Positions 36,643-46,167 of a stretch of 54,759 nt of DNA are shown here, one piece after another. Both the position numbers and the translations under genes were made by a program. How positions within the stretch are numbered: position 1 is the stretch's first letter; each line of letters starts with the position of its first letter. Under the pieces are notes generated by a model, which had not been told where the DNA came from, ran no database searches, and saw nothing but the letters and a program-made list of their open reading frames with translations. This DNA comes from a virus (lineage: Duplodnaviria > Caudoviricetes), in the IMG/VR virus record IMGVR_UViG_3300030389_001655, positions 1-54,759 of that record. The stretch is one strand, 5' to 3'.

Positions 36643-37274
36643 TGTCATCAGACGAAGCAGATAGAAGAAGGACTTACGCAGAGCTTGAAAGGCGTGGTCA
36701 GAAAGTTCCTGGCAAATATTTTGGTCCTAGCACGCCTAAGTTGAGAGTAAAGAAAACTCCTGAGGTCAAGACTATTGACATGACTAAAATGAAACAATTG
36801 AAGTTATTCAGATTAGGTGGCTTGGCTTCTGCTGATCCTTTTGGTGACAAGAGAAGAAAAGAGTCAGCCAAAACAATGGCTAAACTTAAAAAAGGTGCTA
36901 AGACAGCTAAGAAGATTAGGACAAAGCCTATCAAGATATCAATTCAAAGTGCTTCGATAACAACGCCTAAAGGAATGTCTATTGAAAAAAATACAATTAT
37001 GCCTAAAATGGCTAAAGAAGGAGGTCTTATGACACAAGGAAATTTAAGAGATGCCATTGCAAAAGTAAAAGCAAAAGAGATGGAAAAAGGCGGTGAAGCT
37101 GTTCCCTCAAAGTTCAAAGGCTTTTCAAAGCTGCCAGAAGAAGTGCAAAAGAAAATGGACCCAGCATTAGCTGAGAGATTTGAAGATGGTGGACCTGTCA
37201 AGATGGGTTCTGGTGGTGGTGTCTGCAAAGGCATGGGTATCGCAAGAGCTGGTGGCAAATTCAAAGTAAGGTAA
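36642..37274 (+). CDS. Basic protein with repeated x-x-x-GG motifs
   Basis: FRLGG, AKEGG, MEKGG, FEDGG, MGSGG. Confidence 0.6.
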   Translation: MSSDEADRRRTYAELERRGQKVPGKYFGPSTPKLRVKKTPEVKTIDMTKMKQLKLFRLGGLASADPFGDKRRKESAKTMAKLKKGAKTAKKIRTKPIKISIQSASITTPKGMSIEKNTIMPKMAKEGGLMTQGNLRDAIAKVKAKEMEKGGEAVPSKFKGFSKLPEEVQKKMDPALAERFEDGGPVKMGSGGGVCKGMGIARAGGKFKVR

Positions 37275-37278
37275 AATT

Positions 37279-39678
37279 ATGGCAGTCGAAAAGGTAGACG
37301 GAGTTGAGAATATAGATGCACCTGAGGGTGTCACATCTGTAGAAGTAGAAGAAGCTGAGTTAGCACCAAACGTCACAGAAATGGATGATGGATCTGTTGT
37401 TATTGGTGAGATAGAAGAGCAGATAACTCCAATACAAGTGCCTTTCAATGCCAACCTTGCAGAATTTATTGATGACACTGAACTTGGTCGAATATCATCA
37501 GACCTTGTTGGTGAAGTACAAGAGGATATTAATTCACGAAAAGAGTGGGAAGATCAGTACAAAAGTGGATTAGAATTATTAGGAATGAATTACGAAGACA
37601 GAGCAGAGCCTTTTGAAGGTGCTTCTGGTATTGTTCATCCTTTACTTGCTGAATCTGTTACACAGTTTCAAGCACAAGCATATAGAGAATTATTACCTGC
37701 TGGAGGTCCTGTTAAGACAGCCATTATAGGACAAGAAACTCCTGAAGTTACAGCACAGGCTGAACGTGTTAAAAATTTTATGAATTATCAGATAACTTAC
37801 GAGATGGAAGAGTATGACCCTGAGTTAGATCAGATGTTATTTTATCTCCCAATTGTAGGTTCATCATTTAAAAAAGTTTATTTTGACCCTTCGTTGCAAA
37901 GGGCAGTTTCTAAGTTTGTTCATGCAGAGGACTTGATTGTTCCATACAATGCTACAGACTTAAAGACTTCCACGAGGATCTGTCATGTTATTCGCATGGA
38001 TTCGAATGAAATAAGAAAGTTGCAACTATCTGGGTTTTACAAAGATATAGAGTTGCCTACATCTGACTCCGATGGAGCTAATTATGATGAGGTAAGAGAA
38101 ACAATAAAAGAGATTGAAGGCGTACATTCAGAGTCAAGTTACAACGAAGAATTAACATTATACGAAATACACACCGATTTAGATTTGCCAGGTTTTGAGG
38201 ATCAAAATCAAATGGGCGAAAACACTGGATTGAAGATGCCTTATATCGTCACAATCGTGGAGAAATCTGGTGAAGTATTATCTATCAAGAGGAATTTCAA
38301 CGAAGCCGATCCGTTACGCAGTAAGATACCTTATTTTGTACACTATAAGTTCTTGCCTGGTCTTGGGTTTTATGGCTTTGGTCTTACACATATGATTGGA
38401 GGCTTATCAAGAGCTTCTACATCAATACTTAGACAATTAATAGATGCAGGAACATTATCTAATCTGCCTGCTGGATTTAAAGCTAGAGGTGCTCGTATAC
38501 GAGATGACGAAACACCACTAAACCCAGGCGAGTTTAGAGATGTTGATATGGTTGGCATGGACTTACGTCAAGCTATTATGCCATTGCCATTTAAAGAGCC
38601 GTCACAAACTTTATATTCACTATTAGGGACATTAATAGACTCAGGTAGACGCTTTGCTTCTATGGCTGATATGAAAGTTGGTGATATGCAAGGCAACTCA
38701 CCTGTAGGCACAACGATGGCTATAATGGAACGTGGTACAAAAGTCATGTCTGCCATACATAAAAGATTACATTATTCACAAAAAATAGAGTTTAAAATAC
38801 TTGCAAGAATATTTGCAATGGGTGCACCTATCTATCCTTATCAAGTGCCAGGTGCTCCACCAGAAATAAAACAATCTGACTTTGATCAAAGAATAGATGT
38901 GTTACCTGTATCAGATCCAAACATTTTTTCTATGTCACAAAGGATTGCATTAGCACAAACACAATTGCAACTTGCACAAAGTAATCCAGAAATTCATGGG
39001 CAAAATGGAATGTATCAAGCCTATAGAAAAATGTATGAAGCATTAGGCGTGTCGAATATAGATGCTGTGTTGCAACCTCCCCCACAGCCGATGCCCATGA
39101 ATCCAGCAAAAGAAAATCAAGAGGCATTAAGAGGAGCAAGATTGCAGGCTTTTCCAGAACAAAATCATCAAGCTCATATATCTGCACATTTAGCTATGAT
39201 CGCAACACCGATAGCTCAATCAAATGCTTCGATTGTTATGACATTGCAAGGGCATATATCTGAACACATTGCTATGATGTCAGAAATACAAGCACAACAA
39301 GAAATTACAGCTAACATGACACCAGAGCAACAAGCTATGATGCAGTCCGATCCTAATGCCATGCAACAGTTTCAAAATCAAGTTGCATCAAGAGCTGCTG
39401 AAATATCAAGTGAAGTTAGTGAGCAGTATGCACAATCCATTACTCCACCACCTAGTGAAGATCCTCTAGTGTCTATAAGAAAACAAGAGTTAGCATTAAA
39501 AGGTCAAGAGTTGGCTCAAAGACAAGAGCAGTTTGAAGCTAAACAACAATTTGCACAAGACAAAGAAAGAAATGATGTTCTTCTTGATCAGCAAAGACTT
39601 GATCAACAAGAGGAAATAGCAAATCAAAACGATCAAACCAAAAGAGATATTGCTGCAGCAAAAGAAATGAAAGGATAA
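37279..39678 (+). CDS. Portal protein
   Basis: 799 aa after terL; HPLLAESVTQFQAQAY.EL, GS.FKKVY.D, GFYGFG; Gln-rich C-terminal barrel as in P22-like portals. Confidence 0.88.
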   Translation: MAVEKVDGVENIDAPEGVTSVEVEEAELAPNVTEMDDGSVVIGEIEEQITPIQVPFNANLAEFIDDTELGRISSDLVGEVQEDINSRKEWEDQYKSGLELLGMNYEDRAEPFEGASGIVHPLLAESVTQFQAQAYRELLPAGGPVKTAIIGQETPEVTAQAERVKNFMNYQITYEMEEYDPELDQMLFYLPIVGSSFKKVYFDPSLQRAVSKFVHAEDLIVPYNATDLKTSTRICHVIRMDSNEIRKLQLSGFYKDIELPTSDSDGANYDEVRETIKEIEGVHSESSYNEELTLYEIHTDLDLPGFEDQNQMGENTGLKMPYIVTIVEKSGEVLSIKRNFNEADPLRSKIPYFVHYKFLPGLGFYGFGLTHMIGGLSRASTSILRQLIDAGTLSNLPAGFKARGARIRDDETPLNPGEFRDVDMVGMDLRQAIMPLPFKEPSQTLYSLLGTLIDSGRRFASMADMKVGDMQGNSPVGTTMAIMERGTKVMSAIHKRLHYSQKIEFKILARIFAMGAPIYPYQVPGAPPEIKQSDFDQRIDVLPVSDPNIFSMSQRIALAQTQLQLAQSNPEIHGQNGMYQAYRKMYEALGVSNIDAVLQPPPQPMPMNPAKENQEALRGARLQAFPEQNHQAHISAHLAMIATPIAQSNASIVMTLQGHISEHIAMMSEIQAQQEITANMTPEQQAMMQSDPNAMQQFQNQVASRAAEISSEVSEQYAQSITPPPSEDPLVSIRKQELALKGQELAQRQEQFEAKQQFAQDKERNDVLLDQQRLDQQEEIANQNDQTKRDIAAAKEMKG

Positions 39679-39681
39679 ACT

Positions 39682-39942
39682 ATGGTTAGTTCTATTAGAG
39701 AAAAAATTTGGAAAGAAGAAAAGCAAAAGAAAGTAAAAAGAAGATTAGTAAAAGAGGGAGTTCTAGATGCCGTTGAAGAAAGGCAAGAGCCAGAAAACGA
39801 TCAGCAAGAACATCAGGAAGTTGAGGTCGGAGAAGTATCCCCAGAAGCAATCAGTGGCGATAGCATTGTCGAAAGCGGGGAAGTCAAAGCCAAAATCAAC
39901 AAGCCGAAAAAGAAAGCCAAAAAAGCCAGTAAAAAAAGCTAA
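39682..39942 (+). CDS. Hypothetical protein overlapping the next gene
   Basis: AAGGA RBS just after the portal stop; overlaps 39767 ORF by 176 nt. Confidence 0.45.
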   Translation: MVSSIREKIWKEEKQKKVKRRLVKEGVLDAVEERQEPENDQQEHQEVEVGEVSPEAISGDSIVESGEVKAKINKPKKKAKKASKKS

Positions 39943-40006
39943 TGGTGGCATAATTAAAAAGTTCTCTGATATAGCTAAACCACAAAAATTCAAGGGGATA
40001 TTTTAA
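39767..40006 (+). CDS. Small basic protein
   Basis: [16 protein letters not shown]...PQKQ.VAIAL..A motif; GAGGGAG RBS. Confidence 0.7.
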   Translation: MPLKKGKSQKTISKNIRKLRSEKYPQKQSVAIALSKAGKSKPKSTSRKRKPKKPVKKANGGIIKKFSDIAKPQKFKGIF

Positions 40007-40491
40007 TGCTAGATCCCGCCTCAATTGGTATAGCTATAACGGCAGCTAATACGGCGTTCAACGCAATCAAAAAAGGTTTCGCCGCAGGGCGTGAAATCGA
40101 ATCTATGGGAAAAGATTTAAGTCGTTGGATGGGTGCCATATCAGATGTAGAAAATACTGAGAAGTCTGCGAAGAATGCTTCGCCACTTAGAAAACTATTT
40201 AAAGGAAGAGAGATAGAAGCCTCTGCAATAGAAGCATTTACTGCAAAAAAGAAACTTGAAGCACAACGCCAAGAGCTCAAATCATTTATTAATTTTCACT
40301 ACGGGGCTAATTCCTGGGCAGAAATTTTGCGTATGGAAGCCGAGATAAGAAAAAAAAGAAAAGAAGAGATTTATGAGAGACAGGAGCTTATCCGTAAGAT
40401 ATGGGAATATGTAGGTTGGTTTGTTTTGTTTTGTACAGTTGTAGGTTTTGTATTTTTACTTGCTTGGATGTATAAGGAAAACAGAAGATGA
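40006..40491 (+). CDS. Membrane-anchored coiled-coil protein
   Basis: MLDP.SI N-terminus; C-terminal TM segment. Confidence 0.65.
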   Translation: MLDPASIGIAITAANTAFNAIKKGFAAGREIESMGKDLSRWMGAISDVENTEKSAKNASPLRKLFKGREIEASAIEAFTAKKKLEAQRQELKSFINFHYGANSWAEILRMEAEIRKKRKEEIYERQELIRKIWEYVGWFVLFCTVVGFVFLLAWMYKENRR

Positions 40492-40808
40492 AACAAAAAA
40501 AATTACAAGATAAATCCAAATATGCGTCTTACGATATCAATCAGGACGGAGTAGTTAGCGATGAAGAATTTGAGCATATGGCAGAGATCAAAAGACTTGA
40601 GCATGATCTTAGAAAACAAAGAGCACAAAGACGTATGGCTACTGCTAGTCTGGTTGCTATGGCTACTTTTACTGCTGCGATGTTTTTTGTCGATCTCGAC
40701 AGAGTCAAAGCACTTGCCGATATTAGTAATCTGTTTTACATCACTGGGGGTGGCATCGTTGCTGCATATATGGGAGCATCTGCAATAATGAACAGAAATG
40801 GTAAATAA
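40488..40808 (+). CDS. Two-TM membrane protein with EF-hand-like loop (holin-like)
   Basis: DINQDGVVSDEE loop; two hydrophobic segments. Confidence 0.6.
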   Translation: MKQKKLQDKSKYASYDINQDGVVSDEEFEHMAEIKRLEHDLRKQRAQRRMATASLVAMATFTAAMFFVDLDRVKALADISNLFYITGGGIVAAYMGASAIMNRNGK

Positions 40809-40818
40809 GGAGAGAAAC

Positions 40819-40947
40819 ATGGCAATAGCACCAAAGAAAAAAAATAAAATTAAAAAAGTTATTAAAGGTTTAAAAAAAGCAAGTGCTTTACATAAAAAAC
40901 AAGCTAAATCTTTAAAAAGCGTTATGAGTAATAAAAAGAGAAAGTGA
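40819..40947 (+). CDS. Small Lys-rich protein (42 aa, not in ORF track)
   Basis: AAGGAG RBS; KKVIKGLKKAS.LH..QA. Confidence 0.6.
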   Translation: MAIAPKKKNKIKKVIKGLKKASALHKKQAKSLKSVMSNKKRK

Positions 40948-40954
40948 TTATTAA

Positions 40955-41239
40955 GTGGCGAAAAAAGATCCAAAAGTTGGCACTGGCAAAAAACCTAAAG
41001 GTTCAGGTAGAAGACTCTATACTGACGAAAATCCAAAAGATACTGTTAGTATTAAATTTGCAACTCCTGCTGATGCTCGTGCAACAGTTGCAAAAGTTAG
41101 AAGAATTAATAAACCTTATGCTCGAAAAATTCAAATCCTTACTGTCATGGAACAAAGGGCAAAAGTAATGAAAAAAGCAGAAGTAGTTCGTATAGCAAAA
41201 AAAGCAAAAGAGTCTTTAAAAAAAGCTAAAAAAACATGA
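40955..41239 (+). CDS. Small basic protein
   Basis: KKDPKVGTGKKPKGSGRRLYTDENPKDTV; GTG start. Confidence 0.65.
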   Translation: MAKKDPKVGTGKKPKGSGRRLYTDENPKDTVSIKFATPADARATVAKVRRINKPYARKIQILTVMEQRAKVMKKAEVVRIAKKAKESLKKAKKT

Positions 41240-41433
41240 GTGCATTTCTCTTAACGTGCTTTCTAAACATGAATGTTGATGCAAAAATTTATTTTAAAGA
41301 TGTGAACAATTGTCTGTATTATGCCGAAAAGTTAACAGAGCAATCTGTGCAAATACCAGAAAAGGTTGAATCTTATAAATGTATGTGTAAACTCGTGGCA
41401 TATGTGAACGACAAAAAGACAAAAGTGTATTAG
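41236..41433 (+). CDS. Hypothetical Cys-containing protein
   Basis: ATGA coupling; YF....C..YA, C.C. Confidence 0.55.
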   Translation: MSAFLLTCFLNMNVDAKIYFKDVNNCLYYAEKLTEQSVQIPEKVESYKCMCKLVAYVNDKKTKVY

Positions 41434-41441
41434 GAGGTAGT

Positions 41442-41849
41442 ATGTTACAAGCACTTATTGGACCCGTTACAAGTCTGGTGGGAAAATTCATAGAAGATAA
41501 AGATCAGAAAAACAAATTGGCACATGACTTGGCAACGCTTGCTTCTCGTCATGCCCAGGAGCTGGCGAAAGGGCAAATCGCAGCTAATGCCGAACAGGCG
41601 AAACATCCTTCAATATTTGTTGCAGGAGCACGCCCAGCGATAATGTGGATCTGTGCTCTAGGGTTATTAACTCAATTTTTTATCATGCCTATTGCAGAAT
41701 GGGCAACAGCGATATGGATGCCAGATATAAGTTTGCCAAAACTAGCCACGGGTGAACTTATGACTTTGACCCTTTCGTTACTAGGTCTCGGAGGAATGAG
41801 ATCCTATGAAAAGTCAAAAGGTGTAGCTAGAGAGAATATGAAGAAATGA
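41442..41849 (+). CDS. Holin (3TM / GTA-holin-like)
   Basis: L..KFIEDKD, FVAGARPAI.W, LLGLGGMRS.EK.KGV. Confidence 0.8.
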   Translation: MLQALIGPVTSLVGKFIEDKDQKNKLAHDLATLASRHAQELAKGQIAANAEQAKHPSIFVAGARPAIMWICALGLLTQFFIMPIAEWATAIWMPDISLPKLATGELMTLTLSLLGLGGMRSYEKSKGVARENMKK

Positions 41850-41962
41850 CAGATAAAATCTGCATTAGATGTAAAGTAGCTTTAAAAAAAACAGAATTAA
41901 AAGACGTGCATCAATGTCCTGTTTGTTTTACTGTCATAGAATTTAAAGAAGAGGATGAATAA
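41846..41962 (+). CDS. 38-aa Zn-ribbon protein (not in ORF track)
   Basis: CIRC...CPVC; coupled at both ends. Confidence 0.55.
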   Translation: MTDKICIRCKVALKKTELKDVHQCPVCFTVIEFKEEDE

Positions 41963-42153
41963 TGGATGGTGTTAAATTAGCAGAACATCTTTATAAGAAC
42001 ATACGTCAAAGAAAAGAGCAGTTAACTGAATCTTTGGCTGATGGAGCGATAGGATCAATGGAAGACTATCGAGCAATCACAGGTGAAATACGAGGTCTAA
42101 TCTGGATTGAAGAAGAACTAAGAACCTCGATGAAAGGTATAGAAGATGACTAA
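41962..42153 (+). CDS. Conserved small protein upstream of GroES
   Basis: Y....GEIRGL motif; GAGG RBS. Confidence 0.65.
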   Translation: MDGVKLAEHLYKNIRQRKEQLTESLADGAIGSMEDYRAITGEIRGLIWIEEELRTSMKGIEDD

Positions 42154-42622
42154 AAAGTTATATGTGCCAGAACGGATTTTAGCACAGAAAAAAGTAAATC
42201 CGACACCAAAAGCAATATCCAAAGCTTTTGATAATAAAGAGGAGGCTAATAAAAATAGCAAAGATCCATCTCAATTAGACGTATCTGTATTAGAGAGACT
42301 ACCACAACCAACTGGATATAGAATGCTTGTCATCCCATATTATTTGTCTGAAAAGACTAAGGGAGGGATATTCATTCCAGATGCAACTCGTGATAGAGAG
42401 AGTTTTGCAACTGTGGTTGCTTATGTCGTTAAACTAGGACCTGATGCCTATAAAGATTCTGATAAATTCCCAAATGGAGCATACTGTTCTGAGAAGCAAT
42501 GGGTGCTTATGGGTAGGTATGCTGGAAATAGGTTCAAAGTGGATGGTCTTGAGTTAAGAATCATAAATGACGATAATATTATAGCAACAATACTTGACCC
42601 AGCAGATATTTCTTATGTATAG
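42146..42622 (+). CDS. groES: GroES-like co-chaperonin
   Basis: P.GYRMLV, KTKGGIFIP mobile loop, VV.LGP, RYAG, RIINDD.I.A. Confidence 0.85.
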   Translation: MTKKLYVPERILAQKKVNPTPKAISKAFDNKEEANKNSKDPSQLDVSVLERLPQPTGYRMLVIPYYLSEKTKGGIFIPDATRDRESFATVVAYVVKLGPDAYKDSDKFPNGAYCSEKQWVLMGRYAGNRFKVDGLELRIINDDNIIATILDPADISYV

Positions 42623-42630
42623 TGGAGGTA

Positions 42631-43539
42631 ATGATGAATGAAGCACAAGAAAACAAAGTAGAAGAAACTTCTAACGAAAATGAATTTGTTGTAGAAGTTG
42701 ATGAAAATCAAGAATCTACAAAAAAAGAAGTCCAACCAGAAAAACAAGAACAGACAATTGTTCGTGATGAAGAACCTGATGAGGCTGAATCATACAGTGA
42801 AAAAGTTCAAAAAAGAATAAATGCGTTAACCGCAAAGAAAAAAGCTGCAGAAGATGACATGAACAATGCTATAAAGTATGGCAAACAAGTTGAAGAAGAA
42901 AATCAACGTCTTAAAAAACAACTTGAGACATACACCAATGGCTACACAAATGAGTTTGATACAAGAGTCCAATCTCAAGAGGCTCAAGTTAAGCAATTGT
43001 TAAAGGAGGCTTATGATGCTCAAGATGTTGATAAGATTGCAGAGGCGAATTCAGCTCTTACTCAGGTCAATATTGAAAAAGAAAGACTTAGAGTCCTCAA
43101 GCAACAAAGAGAGCAAGAACAAGCAGCTCAAAAAGATGCACGACAGAGCAGTCAAAAAGAAGAAGTAAAACAACCATCAATAGAGGACAATCCAAAAATA
43201 AAAGCTTGGATTGCTAAAAATCCTTGGTATGGCAAAGATGACGAAATTGAAAAAAACTTAGCTTTAATGTTAGCTGATAAAAAAGTATCAACAATGTATG
43301 ATGCTACAGATGACAGATACTATGAAGAAATAGATAAAGAGATGGCTAAGTTGTTTCCACAAGATCAGAGCAATAGTAATGTCCAAACTGTTGCACCTGT
43401 AAATGGCAGAGCTTCTGTCAAAACTGGACGTAAACAGAGAGTGGTCTTAACTGAAAGTGAAAGACGTACTGCTGATAGACTTGGTGTGCCATACGATAAA
43501 TATGCACAACAAAAACTCAAATTGCAAAAAGGAGCATAA
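42631..43539 (+). CDS. Putative scaffolding protein
   Basis: Acidic coiled coil (YSEKVQKRI..L; W...NPWY; V.LT......A..LGV); upstream of capsid. Confidence 0.7.
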   Translation: MMNEAQENKVEETSNENEFVVEVDENQESTKKEVQPEKQEQTIVRDEEPDEAESYSEKVQKRINALTAKKKAAEDDMNNAIKYGKQVEEENQRLKKQLETYTNGYTNEFDTRVQSQEAQVKQLLKEAYDAQDVDKIAEANSALTQVNIEKERLRVLKQQREQEQAAQKDARQSSQKEEVKQPSIEDNPKIKAWIAKNPWYGKDDEIEKNLALMLADKKVSTMYDATDDRYYEEIDKEMAKLFPQDQSNSNVQTVAPVNGRASVKTGRKQRVVLTESERRTADRLGVPYDKYAQQKLKLQKGA

Positions 43540-43540
43540 G

Positions 43541-44005
43541 ATGGCTGATAGATCAAATCGAGAGTCTGCTACTCGTGAAAAACAGGAAAGAAAAGTTGAT
43601 TGGAAGCCGCCTTCAACCTTAGATGCACCCGAGGCTCCTGTGGGGTATAAACACAGGTGGATAAGAGAACGTGTAATGGATTTTGACGATAAGCAAAATG
43701 TATATAAACGAAGAAGAGAGGGATATGAATTAGTGCGTGCAGAGGAGTATCCTGATTTTGACACCCCTGTGGTCGATGAAGGCAAGAATGCTGGAGTAAT
43801 TGGTCAAGGAGGTTTATTATTAGCACGAGTCCCAGAGGAAGTTGCTGATAGTCGAAATGAATATTTCGCCAAAAAAACTTCAAATCAGATGTCAGTTTAT
43901 GATCAAGAGTTGGCTAACCAACCAGAGTCATCGGCTGGTAGAATCTTAAAACCAGAAAGAAAATCACAAGTTCGATTTGGTGGAAAGAAAACTTTAAATG
44001 ATTAA
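43541..44005 (+). CDS. Conserved head-region protein
   Basis: W.PPS.LDAP..P.G..HRWIR, REGYELV, GGLLLAR.P; start at MADR. Confidence 0.7.
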   Translation: MADRSNRESATREKQERKVDWKPPSTLDAPEAPVGYKHRWIRERVMDFDDKQNVYKRRREGYELVRAEEYPDFDTPVVDEGKNAGVIGQGGLLLARVPEEVADSRNEYFAKKTSNQMSVYDQELANQPESSAGRILKPERKSQVRFGGKKTLND

Positions 44006-44022
44006 TTTTACAGGAGTATAAA

Positions 44023-44607
44023 ATGGCAAATCAAGATGCTGCTTTTGGAATGCGTCCTTTAAAAATGATAGGTGGACAAGCCTTTCATGGTGGACAAAGC
44101 CGATATAGAATCGCTGCCAATTATGGAACTTCTATCTTTCAAGGTGACATGGTTGCCCAAGTCACAGGAGGCACTGTTGAAGTGCACGCTGATGGAGGAA
44201 CAGTACCAATAGTTGGAGTGTTCAATGGTTGTAGGTTTACAGACCCAACCACGAAAAAGGAAACTTTTTCAAACTTTTATCCTGCAAGTACAAATGCTTC
44301 AGACATTGAAGCTTTTATTATAGATGACCCAAATGTTGTTTATGAGATTCAATGTGATGCTGCATTTCCTATTGCAGATTTATTTGGTAACTTTGACATC
44401 GTATATACAAGTTCAGGTTCTACTGTAACTGGTATTTCTGGTGCAGAGTTGGATGTAACAACAGGTGCAACTACTGCTGGTTTACCTCTGAAAGCGATTG
44501 ATATATCGCAAGATCCAGAGAACAGCGATGTTAGTTCCGATGCAACCAATGTTCAAGTGGTTATTCAAAATAGCATATTTGGACAAAAGGGTGCAGGATT
44601 AGCGTAA
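44023..44607 (+). CDS. Capsid decoration / minor head protein
   Basis: MAN.DAAFG.RP, IFQGD.V, DDP...Y.IQ; directly before the MCP. Confidence 0.6.
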   Translation: MANQDAAFGMRPLKMIGGQAFHGGQSRYRIAANYGTSIFQGDMVAQVTGGTVEVHADGGTVPIVGVFNGCRFTDPTTKKETFSNFYPASTNASDIEAFIIDDPNVVYEIQCDAAFPIADLFGNFDIVYTSSGSTVTGISGAELDVTTGATTAGLPLKAIDISQDPENSDVSSDATNVQVVIQNSIFGQKGAGLA

Positions 44608-44620
44608 GGGAGATTAGATT

Positions 44621-45529
44621 ATGGCTATTTCAAGAGCACAACTCGTTAAAGAGTTAGAACCTGGTCTTAACGCTTTATTCGGCATGGAATATGATCGTTA
44701 TGACAATCAGCATACTGAAATATTTGAGACAGAAACTTCAGATCGAGCATTTGAAGAAGAAGTCATGTTAAGTGGTTTTGGTAATGCACAAACTAAATCT
44801 GAAGGTGCTGGTGTAGCATTTGATGATGCAAACGAAGTGTATACTTCAAGATATACAATGGAAACAATTTCACTTGCTTTTGCTTTGACAGAAGAAGCGA
44901 TGGAAGACAATTTGTATGACCAACTTGGTAGAAGATATACAAGAGCGTTAGCAAGATCAATGTCTCACACAAAGCAAATTAAAGCTGCTGCAGTTTTAAA
45001 CAATGCGTTTGATTCAAGTTTTACTGGTGGTGATGGTAAAGAGCTTTGTGCAACAGATCATCCTTTAGGTGGTGGTGGCACATTCAGAAATGAATTTACA
45101 GTTGCTGCAGACCTTAATGAAACATCATTAGAAAATGCTCTCATTGACATTTCACAATTTGTTGATGAAAGAAACATGATTGTTGCTTTAAGAGGCATGA
45201 AGCTTATTGTTCCACCAGCATTACAATTTGTTGCTGACAGACTACTTGAGTCAACATTAAGAACAGGTACTTCTGACAATGATTTAAACGCAATCAAAAA
45301 CATGGGTATGTTACCAGATGGTTATACTATCAACCATTTCTTAACAGATACAGATGCGTTTTTTCTCAAGACAGATGCACCTAATGGTTTCAAGTATTTT
45401 GAAAGAACACCATTAAGCACAAGTATGGAAGCTGATTTCGATACTGGCAACATGAGATACAAAGCAAGAGAGCGTTATGCCTTTGGCTTTTCAGATCCAA
45501 GATGTGTCTTCGGATCACCAGGTGCATAA
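44621..45529 (+). CDS. Major capsid protein
   Basis: MAISRAQL.KELEPGLNALFG.EY, GDG..L...HP, KARERY.FG.SD.R; followed by a strong terminator. Confidence 0.88.
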   Translation: MAISRAQLVKELEPGLNALFGMEYDRYDNQHTEIFETETSDRAFEEEVMLSGFGNAQTKSEGAGVAFDDANEVYTSRYTMETISLAFALTEEAMEDNLYDQLGRRYTRALARSMSHTKQIKAAAVLNNAFDSSFTGGDGKELCATDHPLGGGGTFRNEFTVAADLNETSLENALIDISQFVDERNMIVALRGMKLIVPPALQFVADRLLESTLRTGTSDNDLNAIKNMGMLPDGYTINHFLTDTDAFFLKTDAPNGFKYFERTPLSTSMEADFDTGNMRYKARERYAFGFSDPRCVFGSPGA

Positions 45530-45552
45530 GCGAACAATTGTTCGTTTTTTAC

Positions 45553-45581
45553 AAAGGGGTCTTTCCAGACCCCTTTTTTTT
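45553..45581 (+). terminator. Intrinsic terminator after MCP
   Basis: AAAGGGGTCT/AGACCCCTTT stem plus T-run; preceded by CGAACAATTGTTCG 45531-44. Confidence 0.85.
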
Positions 45582-45645
45582 GTGTATACTTAAATAACCT
45601 TGACGAAGAATTAACTTCGACAATAGCCAAGACAAGGAGATTTAC

Positions 45646-46155
45646 ATGGCTAATACAACATTCTCAGGTCCTATTAGATCTGAAAGCACAGTCAAGACTA
45701 TCAGCAAAAATTCAACTACTGGAACTATTACAGAGGTAACAACTCTTGGTGGTGCTCCAGTTAGCTTATCTGATGGTGATGTAACTTTAACAAATGCAAC
45801 TCATAGTGGTAGAATTTTACTTGTGCCAGATGGATCACAAGATAATACATACACACTACCAGCACCTATAGCTGGATCAGTATTTAGATTTATTTACGCT
45901 GGTGGAGCTGCTGATGCTACTGATGCTTTAATTCTTACACCAGGTAATACAAACTTTTATATTGGTGGAGTAACATTTTTAGATACTGATGGTAATGAAG
46001 TCAGTTCAGTATTTTCTGATGGTAACTCAAACAGTAGTATACAATTAAATGTTCCTGCTGGATTCGATGTAACTATTGTTGGAATTGATACAACTAATTA
46101 TCAAATATTTGGTAACGTAACATCAACGACTGCTCCAGCTTTCGCTGATCAATAA
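45646..46155 (+). CDS. Virion structural protein (head fibre/decoration-like)
   Basis: MANTTFSGPIRS N-terminus; TLP.P..G..F.F. Confidence 0.6.
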   Translation: MANTTFSGPIRSESTVKTISKNSTTGTITEVTTLGGAPVSLSDGDVTLTNATHSGRILLVPDGSQDNTYTLPAPIAGSVFRFIYAGGAADATDALILTPGNTNFYIGGVTFLDTDGNEVSSVFSDGNSNSSIQLNVPAGFDVTIVGIDTTNYQIFGNVTSTTAPAFADQ

Positions 46156-46167
46156 TAGGAGAGTTAT

